A stretch of 64,000 bases of DNA from IMG/VR virus record IMGVR_UViG_3300033144_003548; one strand, written 5' to 3'. The position numbers and the translations under genes were made by a program. The first letter of the stretch is position 1. Every line of letters starts with the position of its first letter. Under the pieces are notes generated by a model. It was not told the DNA's origin. It did not search any database and was given only the letters and a program-made list of their open reading frames with translations. The stretch is from a virus. This document shows positions 55,575 to 64,000 of the stretch, piece by piece.

Positions 55575-56720
55575 CTAAGAAATAAAAGATAATCTACCAG
55601 AATTTGCCCTAACCAAAGTCTTATATACCTTATTCGCTACAACCTTCCAAGAGAATTTATCACGCATACTTTGCTCTAGTGCTTCGTTGCCTCTTAAAGC
55701 TAGAAACTCTCTGTCTTTATACAACAACTCTAACTTATCAGCAAGACTATCCTCACTGATAACTCCACCAATAAAAGACGTTCCTGCTAAATACTCCTCA
55801 CGAGCTATGTCTATAAACTCCGCTCCCTGAGTCCATATATCCTTTAAATTGCCGTGTGGTGGGCAGAGGACTGGAACAGCACAAGCAGCACCTTCGATTA
55901 AGGATAAACCAAAGCCCTCCCCAAGAGAAGTATTAACATTCACATCCATTATATTGTAGAGCATATTAATCTTCTCAAAATCCAAAGGTGAGCCACTTAG
56001 TATGGTCTTATCGGAGATATTAAAATCCTTAACAAGAGTTGGAAGATCGTAAGCTATATCCTTGTTTGTTGCGTGAATCAAACATTTTACATCGTTCTTA
56101 CCCTTAGCAAACTTGGCGAAACCCGATAAGAACAAATCTAGTCTCTTTCTATATGTATTGGTATTGTTATTGCCAACAACAAAAAGCCCCTCTACACCTA
56201 AGCTGGCTTTGGCATCAGGAATCTTAAAGAAGACAGAAGGAGCAACACCGTGATAAATAGCTGTAACATCAAGGTTAGGGTTTATCTCTTCAACCTTCTT
56301 CTTAGAGTAGTCGGTATAAGTCATAACTGATTCGATACCATATCTAGAGAATTCCAACATCCTACCAGCATCAATAGGTAAGAGATTAACAGGAAACAGA
56401 GGAACAATTCGTGGTGGTGATGCTAAATCATTTAATAGCGTTCCCAAATACTTTTCGATTATGTGGTCATCATTGAACAGCACAACTACATCAGGAGTTT
56501 CTTCCTTTATAACAGTAGATAAATAATCAAAGGAATACATATCACCTAGTGCAGTCTGTGCTGGATAGATATAGTATGGATAAGGATGTCTCTTCCTACC
56601 ATCATATCTAATACCGTACACTATTAATTCACACTTTGTATAGAGTTCATTACATATGTTGTGCGTAACTATACTAAATCCTGAATTTACGATAGCATCA
56701 CCAACCCACAAAACCTTCAT
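55575..56720 (-). CDS. GT4-family glycosyltransferase
   Basis: WVGDA...SGF..V, HGV, N.N..RKRLDL, YNIMDV..NTS.GEGFGL..IE.AAC. Confidence 0.9.
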   Translation of the reverse strand: MKVLWVGDAIVNSGFSIVTHNICNELYTKCELIVYGIRYDGRKRHPYPYYIYPAQTALGDMYSFDYLSTVIKEETPDVVVLFNDDHIIEKYLGTLLNDLASPPRIVPLFPVNLLPIDAGRMLEFSRYGIESVMTYTDYSKKKVEEINPNLDVTAIYHGVAPSVFFKIPDAKASLGVEGLFVVGNNNTNTYRKRLDLFLSGFAKFAKGKNDVKCLIHATNKDIAYDLPTLVKDFNISDKTILSGSPLDFEKINMLYNIMDVNVNTSLGEGFGLSLIEGAACAVPVLCPPHGNLKDIWTQGAEFIDIAREEYLAGTSFIGGVISEDSLADKLELLYKDREFLALRGNEALEQSMRDKFSWKVVANKVYKTLVRANSGRLSFIS

Positions 56721-56731
56721 AATTCCTCTCC

Positions 56732-57250
56732 TTATATCGTGTTAGGACCCCAGGTAATTCTCCTATGTTGAGGTGACCTCTTAATATTAGGAACTTTGGT
56801 AACTATTTCTCTCTCTTCCGATTCACCTTTAACGGGTTCGTATACAGTCACACGCTTCACCTCAACTGCTGAATCCCAATCAACGGTCACGTCATCGCCA
56901 GACATTGACCAGTTAACTTTATACATCTTTGCTCCCTTTTCAACAATGATATAATCATCAAAAACGTCTGCAACCCAAGGTCCCGTAGGTGGTGATTCAA
57001 CGATCTGAGATGGACCCATAATAGCCTCACGAATCTTCTTTTCAAGCTCCCAAAGCTCTTCTCTCATACTAAGCTCAGCATCCTCTTCCTCACTCTTTTT
57101 CACTTTCCAATTATTCTTTTTTAACTGAGCCTTGCAAATAGCAATTGCACGACTCTCTGGATATTTAGGGTTAGATTCCATTACAGACTCTACACACCTC
57201 TCCATCCATCTAGTCTGCTCAGGCTTTTCATTAGGTATTCCATATGGCAT
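56732..57250 (-). CDS. head-associated hypothetical protein
   Basis: MPY....ERCV..VM......A.AIC N-terminus; Y.V..S..GD.V. Confidence 0.55.
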   Translation of the reverse strand: MPYGIPNEKPEQTRWMERCVESVMESNPKYPESRAIAICKAQLKKNNWKVKKSEEEDAELSMREELWELEKKIREAIMGPSQIVESPPTGPWVADVFDDYIIVEKGAKMYKVNWSMSGDDVTVDWDSAVEVKRVTVYEPVKGESEEREIVTKVPNIKRSPQHRRITWGPNTI

Positions 57251-57253
57251 TTT

Positions 57254-57358
57254 TTACTCATCCTCCCTAAAGATTAAAGGGGTAAATTCGGTGCATCCAC
57301 ATTCGCACTCTTCTACCTCATCACTAACAACTCTGTGGCATTCATTACATACTTTCAT
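57254..57358 (-). CDS. 34-aa Zn-ribbon peptide
   Basis: Manual translation MKVCNECHRVVSDEVEECECGCTEFTP...; ATGA coupling. Confidence 0.5.
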   Translation of the reverse strand: MKVCNECHRVVSDEVEECECGCTEFTPLIFREDE

Positions 57359-57936
57359 CTCAGTATCAAACAAACTCTACGATTGTCATCAACCAAATCT
57401 TTCCTTGCCACTTCAAACCCATCTAGAAGATAATTCAGTGTTTCATCGTTATAAACACGCATCCAATTATCTCCCCACCTAGATTTATCCGCTCTCCAAT
57501 TACCGTAAGGAATGGTAACAAACATAAAACCACTATCAGTCAGAAGCTCTCTACTAGCAATTAAAGCTTGCCTATCACCCCCCTCGTCAATCCAAGTATT
57601 ATGATAAGCCTTCAAACCGATGTGTTCAAGACTAGACATAAAAATAATGTCATCAAACTTTACATCAAACGAATAATCTCTAATGTCACCGATAACGAAG
57701 TTATACTTTTTATCAGAAAAGTCACCCCAACAAGATCTCTCATTTATATCTATACCCCAAACCGTTTCATAATAGCTAACTAAGAAGTCAGCCAATCTAC
57801 TCTCCTGACAACCGACATCAAGAACACACCCCTTATATCTTATATTTTCTAAAATCCACCTAAGCTCTGGAACAGTCCCCGCATTAAAATTGCCTTTTAT
57901 TGGGTATTTAGCCACAAGCTCAGAATATTTATCCAT
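57355..57936 (-). CDS. class I SAM-dependent methyltransferase
   Basis: VLDVGC, GID, GDI, FD....SSLEHIGL, TIPYG. Confidence 0.85.
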   Translation of the reverse strand: MDKYSELVAKYPIKGNFNAGTVPELRWILENIRYKGCVLDVGCQESRLADFLVSYYETVWGIDINERSCWGDFSDKKYNFVIGDIRDYSFDVKFDDIIFMSSLEHIGLKAYHNTWIDEGGDRQALIASRELLTDSGFMFVTIPYGNWRADKSRWGDNWMRVYNDETLNYLLDGFEVARKDLVDDNRRVCLILR

Positions 57937-58669
57937 TCTTTCTCCAAAACAGAGAAGCTGACGTGAAGTTCACTGGTCTGGACGGAAAGTGCGTCCTGCC
58001 CCTCAGATACTCTGGTTCTAAATTTTTTGGGTTACTGCTTTGATAAGTATTCACTGGTTCTACTACAAGTAAACCAACCTCTTTCTCGATAATCTCCAGT
58101 ACATTGTTATCAAAGTACAGGATGTTACCAAATTTAATAATCTCATTAGTAGGTTCTAAATTCCACTCTGTAGTCATCCCACAAACACCACCAACTTTAA
58201 GAGTTCTTTTTATCTCTTTGAAGCACTGTAGAATATCTGGTAGCTCACCTATGTGCTCTACCGATGATGAACTCCAAATTACATCAAAAGTATTGTCCTC
58301 GAATTCGATGTGCTTCATATCCATTGGCATAACAGTCAATCTGGCTCTATCATAGGGAATTTTATTAAACCTATAAATTTGTTCTGGTGTATAGTTGTGC
58401 TTCCCCCAAAACTTACTGGGATAATAGGCTATATCAGTGGCATAAACGTGACCAAAATAATTAGCAAGCAAGAAAATAAGTGGTTCTCTCAAACAACCCA
58501 GTCCTAAAGCAATCTTCTCGTTACCAAAGCACCTCAATCTCTTAAAACCATAGCTTAATATGAAATTCTCCCAACTTTTCCTACGAACCCCAAACGTTGC
58601 AAATTCTCTAACTTCATTAAACTCTGGTGAAGAGAAATCATCGTAATCAAAAACTTTATTTAGGTTCAT
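57929..58669 (-). CDS. class I SAM-dependent methyltransferase
   Basis: RKSWE, LGLGC, ATD, MDM..I.FEDNTFD..WSSSSVEH, LKVGG. Confidence 0.85.
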   Translation of the reverse strand: MNLNKVFDYDDFSSPEFNEVREFATFGVRRKSWENFILSYGFKRLRCFGNEKIALGLGCLREPLIFLLANYFGHVYATDIAYYPSKFWGKHNYTPEQIYRFNKIPYDRARLTVMPMDMKHIEFEDNTFDVIWSSSSVEHIGELPDILQCFKEIKRTLKVGGVCGMTTEWNLEPTNEIIKFGNILYFDNNVLEIIEKEVGLLVVEPVNTYQSSNPKNLEPEYLRGRTHFPSRPVNFTSASLFWRKNG

Positions 58670-59981
58670 TTAATCCGCTCTCTAATACTTCCAGTACCTT
58701 AGCTATGCTACTATCACTTATAACACTGGGTGGTTTTATTTTGAGAACATTACCTAGTCCAGCGTGCTTATCACAACCAAACACGACACCACCTTTGTAG
58801 ATACCATAGTCAATAACTTTCTGCACCTTCTCTGGATATGGTTCTTTGGTATCTGGATTTTTAACTAGCTCAACACCAATAAGCAATCCTTCCTGTCTAA
58901 TATCACCAATTATAGGATACTTCTCTTGAAGCTTAATGAGTTCGGATTCAAATATTTTACCTTTCTCATCAGCTTGCTCACATATCTTCTCTTCCTCTAT
59001 GATTTTTAGGGCTTCTATACCAGCAACCATACTTAATGGGAAACTAGCAAATGTAAATGTTTGATCACCACCCCTAAAATCGAACTCATCTCCGTATAGT
59101 GTAGCTGCAAGAGGAAATCCTCCACCCAGTGCTTTACCAACTGTCATAATATCTGGTTTAAACCCATAGTAATCTGCTGCAAACAGCGAACTCAACTTAC
59201 CAAAGGCGGTTTGCATCTCGTCTGCAACCATAATAACACTATACTTATCACACAACCCACGCAACAACCTGTGATATTCGTACGGAAATGTTATTTGCCC
59301 ACCATTACCTTGAATGGGTTCATATATAATAGCACTTGGTCTCTTTTTTGAAAATATCCTCTCAGTTTCTTCTAAGCATTCGTAACTACAGCTACCTCTA
59401 GATTTACCAAATTTACACCTGTAGCAATAAGGACTTGGTAATCTTACAACCTCAGTTTTTAAAACATCAAATTCTGGTTTTTCCTTATAATCCCAACTCA
59501 ACGAACCAGTTGCTAAACTCCTCCCGCAAAACCCAGTATCAAGAACCGCTATCGGTGATTTAGGGTACTTTATTAGAATTAGCTTTATTGCTCCCTCAAC
59601 TGCAAGAGAACCGTGCAGACAGAAATTTACTTTGGTTAAATTGTCTGGTACGATATTAATTAACTTATAAGCTAACTCTAATTTAGGAATTGTATAATAA
59701 CTGGGACGGATGTGAACAAGTCCGCTATCCATTGTCTTCTTGACCGCTTCTATAACTCTAGGATGACTATGCCCAATTGTAGCCGTCCAGCCTTGGGAGC
59801 AACAATCAACATACGAATCTCCCCACTCGTCATATATAAACTCTCTTTCTGCACGAGCAATAACAAAGAACCTATCTAAGTCACCAGCACTGGCAACACC
59901 CAATCTCTTTTTAGGCTCTTTAAGAATTTCTAAGTCTATCGCTTTATTCCTGCCAATTTGGTGAAAATCTATCGTAGTCAT
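58656..59981 (-). CDS. class III PLP-dependent aminotransferase
   Basis: GHSHP, GS.AVE.AIK, EPIQGNGG, DEMQTAFG, DIMTVGKALGGG. Confidence 0.92.
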   Translation of the reverse strand: MTTIDFHQIGRNKAIDLEILKEPKKRLGVASAGDLDRFFVIARAEREFIYDEWGDSYVDCCSQGWTATIGHSHPRVIEAVKKTMDSGLVHIRPSYYTIPKLELAYKLINIVPDNLTKVNFCLHGSLAVEGAIKLILIKYPKSPIAVLDTGFCGRSLATGSLSWDYKEKPEFDVLKTEVVRLPSPYCYRCKFGKSRGSCSYECLEETERIFSKKRPSAIIYEPIQGNGGQITFPYEYHRLLRGLCDKYSVIMVADEMQTAFGKLSSLFAADYYGFKPDIMTVGKALGGGFPLAATLYGDEFDFRGGDQTFTFASFPLSMVAGIEALKIIEEEKICEQADEKGKIFESELIKLQEKYPIIGDIRQEGLLIGVELVKNPDTKEPYPEKVQKVIDYGIYKGGVVFGCDKHAGLGNVLKIKPPSVISDSSIAKVLEVLESGLNEPK

Positions 59982-61038
59982 ATCTCTTCTCCATAGCAGG
60001 TGCTCTGGTAATTTCCATACCAAACCTGCGATAAAAGTCTTCTTTCCCAGGGTCAGCAATCAAGAATACTTTGATTGGGTTAAGCATCTCAGCTTTCCTG
60101 AACAACTCCTTGACAATAGTAGTTCCTACCCCAATACCTTGATAGGCAGGTCTTACCATAACATCCCAAATAGCAACTGCATAAGCACCATCTGTAAAAT
60201 ATCTTCCAGAACCAATAACCCTACCATTTCTCCTCACCACTGCAAAGGTGGAATTTTTAATGATGGTGCTGTCTCTTTCAAGATTACGCATACTCAGATG
60301 TAAACCACCAAACTCCCCCATATCCTTATAAAGAGAATTAAGCTCCTTTAGAGTGATACTATCACCAAGCTCCAGTTCGGGTGCGTCAAACATTTTCTTT
60401 GCTTGTTCATACTCCTCTGGAGTATCTATTTCCATCCAGTCATACCTAACAAATTCTGGTATTGCGTGAAAGGAACTAATGTGCTTACGAACTATGGACA
60501 CCAACTCCTCTTTTTCCACATTGTTAAGTTGTTTTGCCAGCCTTCTCACAAACTCTGGAGGATAAACTGCCAGTCCAAGCATCACACAGTAATCATATTC
60601 ACGACCAATATCAGTAATTCTATTATTGAAGTCTACTTTTATACCAAGCTCACCTGGACTCCAATGGTGCTTTAGGTTGTCAACAAAATATTGGAACTTC
60701 GGTTGAATGTCAAAGTAGATACGGTAATCTAACATTAGATCACCATCCACGCAGATAACAAAGTCCTCAGTTCCACATTTATCTAAGGCTAATTTGAAAC
60801 TATAAGCATTTCCTGTAGTCTCAAATCTATCGTTACGAACATACTCTACTGAATCTCCAAAATCGGGGAGCATCTCACTTTTGTAGCCAGTGACCACATA
60901 AACTTTATCAACCCCAATATCCCTTAGACCAGTAATCTTATGTTCTAGTATTGTCTTACCATCTAATTTTAGCAGTGATTTGGGGAAATCAATTCCCATT
61001 CGTGAACCCTTACCTGCTGCTAATATTATTGCTTTCAT
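59944..61038 (-). CDS. LicC/PntC-like cytidylyltransferase fused to a GNAT acetyltransferase
   Basis: ILAAG.GSR, PKSL, VTGYK, DGD, W.EIDT; C-terminal DVMVRPAYQGIGVG, FY.RFG. Confidence 0.88.
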   Translation of the reverse strand: MKAIILAAGKGSRMGIDFPKSLLKLDGKTILEHKITGLRDIGVDKVYVVTGYKSEMLPDFGDSVEYVRNDRFETTGNAYSFKLALDKCGTEDFVICVDGDLMLDYRIYFDIQPKFQYFVDNLKHHWSPGELGIKVDFNNRITDIGREYDYCVMLGLAVYPPEFVRRLAKQLNNVEKEELVSIVRKHISSFHAIPEFVRYDWMEIDTPEEYEQAKKMFDAPELELGDSITLKELNSLYKDMGEFGGLHLSMRNLERDSTIIKNSTFAVVRRNGRVIGSGRYFTDGAYAVAIWDVMVRPAYQGIGVGTTIVKELFRKAEMLNPIKVFLIADPGKEDFYRRFGMEITRAPAMEKRYDYDRFSPNWQE

Positions 61039-61675
61039 TATCTAACCTCATTACATAAACTCTATCCCACACCATATCAACTAATCTCTTCGCTTTAAGA
61101 CTATCACTAATCTTCTGTTGAAGCAGACTGTCCACAGGTGCTAATAGTTTTATCCACTCCTCACGTGGTCGAAGATTTATATGAGTAGGATCACTTTTTC
61201 CTCGACCAATCGTTAGAACTGCCTTGCTAGTCCCAATTCTCCTAATTTCTCTGATTGCTTGCTCGGTAAGTTCGGGTGGCAAATGTTCCATTACTTCCAA
61301 GCAAACTACCAAATCAAAAGTGCTATCATCAAATCTTGATAAGTCGGTCATAGAACCTTCAATTATCAAATCACGAACTGGTGATTCACGGATCATAAAA
61401 TCAGCTATCTCTACACCGATAATGTCTATATCAAGTTGTTTAAATCTCTCTACATCAAACCCTATGCCACACCCTAATGAAATAGCTTTTTTAGGTTTGC
61501 CATAGAACTCCACAATAGTATCAACTATTTTATGATTGTATGGTCTATATCTGTTGAAGTAGCTTTTCTTAGTAAACGTCCCTCCTCCACCACCTACACC
61601 CTTCGCCCCCCAATAAGCATACTCCTCATTAGCTACCACAGAGTACTTGTCAGTATCTACACCAAACTTATCCAC
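61010..61675 (-). CDS. class I SAM-dependent methyltransferase
   Basis: LGCGIG, GVEI, GS...L..FDD..FDLV...EVMEHL. Confidence 0.85.
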   Translation of the reverse strand: MDKFGVDTDKYSVVANEEYAYWGAKGVGGGGGTFTKKSYFNRYRPYNHKIVDTIVEFYGKPKKAISLGCGIGFDVERFKQLDIDIIGVEIADFMIRESPVRDLIIEGSMTDLSRFDDSTFDLVVCLEVMEHLPPELTEQAIREIRRIGTSKAVLTIGRGKSDPTHINLRPREEWIKLLAPVDSLLQQKISDSLKAKRLVDMVWDRVYVMRLDNESNNISSR

Positions 61676-62612
61676 AAATTTCCTCTATCTTATCAACTAT
61701 CTTTTGCGTTGACTTACCATCACAATATCCAAGAGCTTTCTCTACCCAATATTCTCTTCTCCCTTTATACTTGTCTGAGTTGGCTAAACTACTCTCTACT
61801 GCTTGTTTAAGACCCGACAAATCGTCACGAGAAACTATCTCACCGAGATCAAGACTTTCAGTCATATTTTCTTTAGCTATCTTCAAGTAACTAGGATATT
61901 GAGGATTATCAATTAACACAATTGGTTTATCAAGAAGAGCAAACTCAAAAACCAGACTAGAAACATCTCCTATAAGCAAATCACAACCCAAGAGATAGTC
62001 AAACTTCCTATCATAATTAGACGCAACCTTCAAATGATATTCATATTTGTTCTTATAACTACACATTTCGTGAGGCATAAAAATTACATTACAATTAGGA
62101 AGCGATTTCACAATGTCCATAAGCTTATCGGCATTGCCAGGTGGTTGAGATGTGTTACTTTTGGTATAGGTAGGAGCAAACAAGATCAGAGGTTTATTAT
62201 CTGCTATCCCGTGACACCTCTTGACAAACTCCTTAAATTCGTGTTGTTTACTCTTATTGTTTATGTAGTAATCTGCCTTGGACCACCCTAAACCAAGAAT
62301 ATTGCCACGCAAGTTATCTTCAAAAAACTTGCTCGGAACAATTACGTAATCCCATTCAGGGTACTCTTGTGCCCAGTTCTTTATGAATGAGACTCCGTGA
62401 AAAATGAGAAAAGAAGGCTTAATAGGAGGTTTTTTGCAAATCCAACTTCCAGTTTGACACCCCAAACTACCTCTAACATTCTTGTCTATATTGTAACTAC
62501 TTGCTTTACCAGCTATAACCACCCAACCTCGCTTCCTCAACTCATCTTCAATAGGACTAAGAACTAGATCGTACTGAGTAAAGTCACGGATTATCTGGAA
62601 CTTCTTCTCCAT
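61668..62612 (-). CDS. CDP-glycerol glycerophosphotransferase (TagB/TagF)-like protein
   Basis: FHG, LG.SKAD, ILFAPTY, PH, DLLIGD.SS..FEFALLDKPIV, DGKSTQKI. Confidence 0.85.
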   Translation of the reverse strand: MEKKFQIIRDFTQYDLVLSPIEDELRKRGWVVIAGKASSYNIDKNVRGSLGCQTGSWICKKPPIKPSFLIFHGVSFIKNWAQEYPEWDYVIVPSKFFEDNLRGNILGLGWSKADYYINNKSKQHEFKEFVKRCHGIADNKPLILFAPTYTKSNTSQPPGNADKLMDIVKSLPNCNVIFMPHEMCSYKNKYEYHLKVASNYDRKFDYLLGCDLLIGDVSSLVFEFALLDKPIVLIDNPQYPSYLKIAKENMTESLDLGEIVSRDDLSGLKQAVESSLANSDKYKGRREYWVEKALGYCDGKSTQKIVDKIEEICG

Positions 62613-63951
62613 CCCTTTCACTCCTACCAAAACCACCACCAGGTGAAGAGAATGGAACGAATGGAGCTTCACGGATATTCTTCTCCTTGTAGTCCTGATC
62701 TTCCTTAGCAATTCTCTCCATCTCAGTAGCTTGATCAATACCTTGCAATTGGAGTCTAGTCCTCCTTGACATAGAACCCTCTCTATACAAATCCCTTGTA
62801 ATAATATTCAGGTCAACTAAACTGTATAATCTCATTGGTGTAAAGGCTGGAACAGGGGCATTCTTAAAACTATTCTTCTCCTTTATCTCATCGTATAGAT
62901 CCACAGTCCAAGCAAGAAGTTTAGACCTAATCGCCTCAAGAGTAGCGATAGGTGAAAAAGTAGCAATGTCAGAACCACCCTCAACGTTTGACCTTAAAGT
63001 TTCACCAGTAATTAGTGTACGAGGAAAGCCAAAACCAGCAATAATGTCATCATCAACTGTACTGTACTTCTCTCTGTTCAGCATAGCTGCGGTATCAGGA
63101 GCTACCCACTCAATAGTTAGAGTGTGGTTAGCAAAAAGCTGGAAAACCTTCTCAACCTGACCCTTTGCAGTTCTATAGTTCATTTGACTCTTAATGTAAT
63201 CAAAATCTTTGTCGTCTGTCACAGGAAAATCATCACTACCAAGTTTTATCAATTGGATAGCAGCGATAACTCTCGCTGCAATAGAATAATCCATTTTCCT
63301 CAAATTTCTCTTGTGCATCAAAGCCTCTAAAGCGTTTGTCATATATGGAATAGGATATGGATCTTCTGGCAAACATCTTGACAGAATCGGTCTTACGTTC
63401 TCCAAAAGGATTTCGACCTTAGTTCCTCTTTGATTCTGAATCGCTTTAACAAATTCAGGGTAATTGTCTACAAAGGCTTGATACGTTTCCTTATCTACAG
63501 ACCCGTCTGGTCTTTTCCCTTTGTTCTTGATGAACTGAACAGTCTCTGAACTAACCTGAACATAATAATCTTTTCTGTTTGGAATAGGAGACGATTTAAC
63601 TGTTATAGTAGCGGGGTCTCTAAACCAAATATTATCGGGGACCCAAACCCTCGTTCTTGAATTTAGAAGAGGAGTCAACTTTGCACCACTAACTCTTGCC
63701 CACTCATAATGAGGCACAACTAGACCAGATAGCAGATATTCCAAGCAAACGTTTCTGTAGAATTCTTCAAGCATACTATGTAAAGACTCATAAACGGCAA
63801 ACTCTTCGTCAGTACATTGAGCTTTTTGATTCATTAAAGGAGAAATCGCAAAGTCTACCATTTTGTTTGTCACAGTACCAGCAATTGGGTCGTGCTTATA
63901 AAAGAAACGACACATCTTGATTAAATCCTTATATTTCTTTGGTAGTTCCAT
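62584..63951 (-). CDS. portal protein
   Basis: CRFFY..DPI, EYLLSG, LIKLG, EKY..V..DI..G.G; first gene of the head module. Confidence 0.75.
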   Translation of the reverse strand: MELPKKYKDLIKMCRFFYKHDPIAGTVTNKMVDFAISPLMNQKAQCTDEEFAVYESLHSMLEEFYRNVCLEYLLSGLVVPHYEWARVSGAKLTPLLNSRTRVWVPDNIWFRDPATITVKSSPIPNRKDYYVQVSSETVQFIKNKGKRPDGSVDKETYQAFVDNYPEFVKAIQNQRGTKVEILLENVRPILSRCLPEDPYPIPYMTNALEALMHKRNLRKMDYSIAARVIAAIQLIKLGSDDFPVTDDKDFDYIKSQMNYRTAKGQVEKVFQLFANHTLTIEWVAPDTAAMLNREKYSTVDDDIIAGFGFPRTLITGETLRSNVEGGSDIATFSPIATLEAIRSKLLAWTVDLYDEIKEKNSFKNAPVPAFTPMRLYSLVDLNIITRDLYREGSMSRRTRLQLQGIDQATEMERIAKEDQDYKEKNIREAPFVPFSSPGGGFGRSERDGEEVPDNP

Positions 63952-64000
63952 ATAATCAACAACACTACCAAAGACAGTGCCTGTCTGATTAGGATCATCA

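Noticed and set aside
351-63920. The many plus-strand ORFs in the track
   Set aside because: They are antisense shadows of tightly packed minus-strand genes or RNAs, with no recognisable motifs.

Overview
A 64-kb slice of a large tailed bacteriophage genome, probably siphovirus-type: tail tube, chaperone -1 frameshift and tape measure, with no sheath gene. Essentially all genes are on the minus strand, and consensus sigma70 promoters, RecA, DnaB/DnaG, bS21 and IF3 point to a bacterial host. In transcription order (right to left): portal; a surface-modification cluster (TagF-like phosphotransferase, methyltransferases, cytidylyltransferase-GNAT fusion, class III aminotransferase, two GT4 glycosyltransferases) embedded in the head module; protease, scaffold, capsid, neck and tail genes; a replication/recombination block (SSB, primase, helicase, resolvase, ThyA, RNase H, PolA, dCMP deaminase, RecA, Cas4-like nuclease); and an accessory region with promoter-delimited mini-cassettes, two MT-A70 methylases, an intein-bearing DUF4338/DruA-like gene, bS21, an IF3 C-domain and eight tRNAs. 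The standout is a Ro60/TROVE gene preceded by a tandem array of five Y-RNA-like ncRNAs. They share a covarying Ro-binding scaffold but carry different internal payloads (a permuted tRNA domain, a T-arm, anticodon-like stem-loops), and a sixth structured RNA follows the gene. A second candidate system is virion glycosylation: modification enzymes inside the head module plus strong Ser-Gly enrichment in virion proteins. All calls come from reading motifs by eye; no database searches were run.
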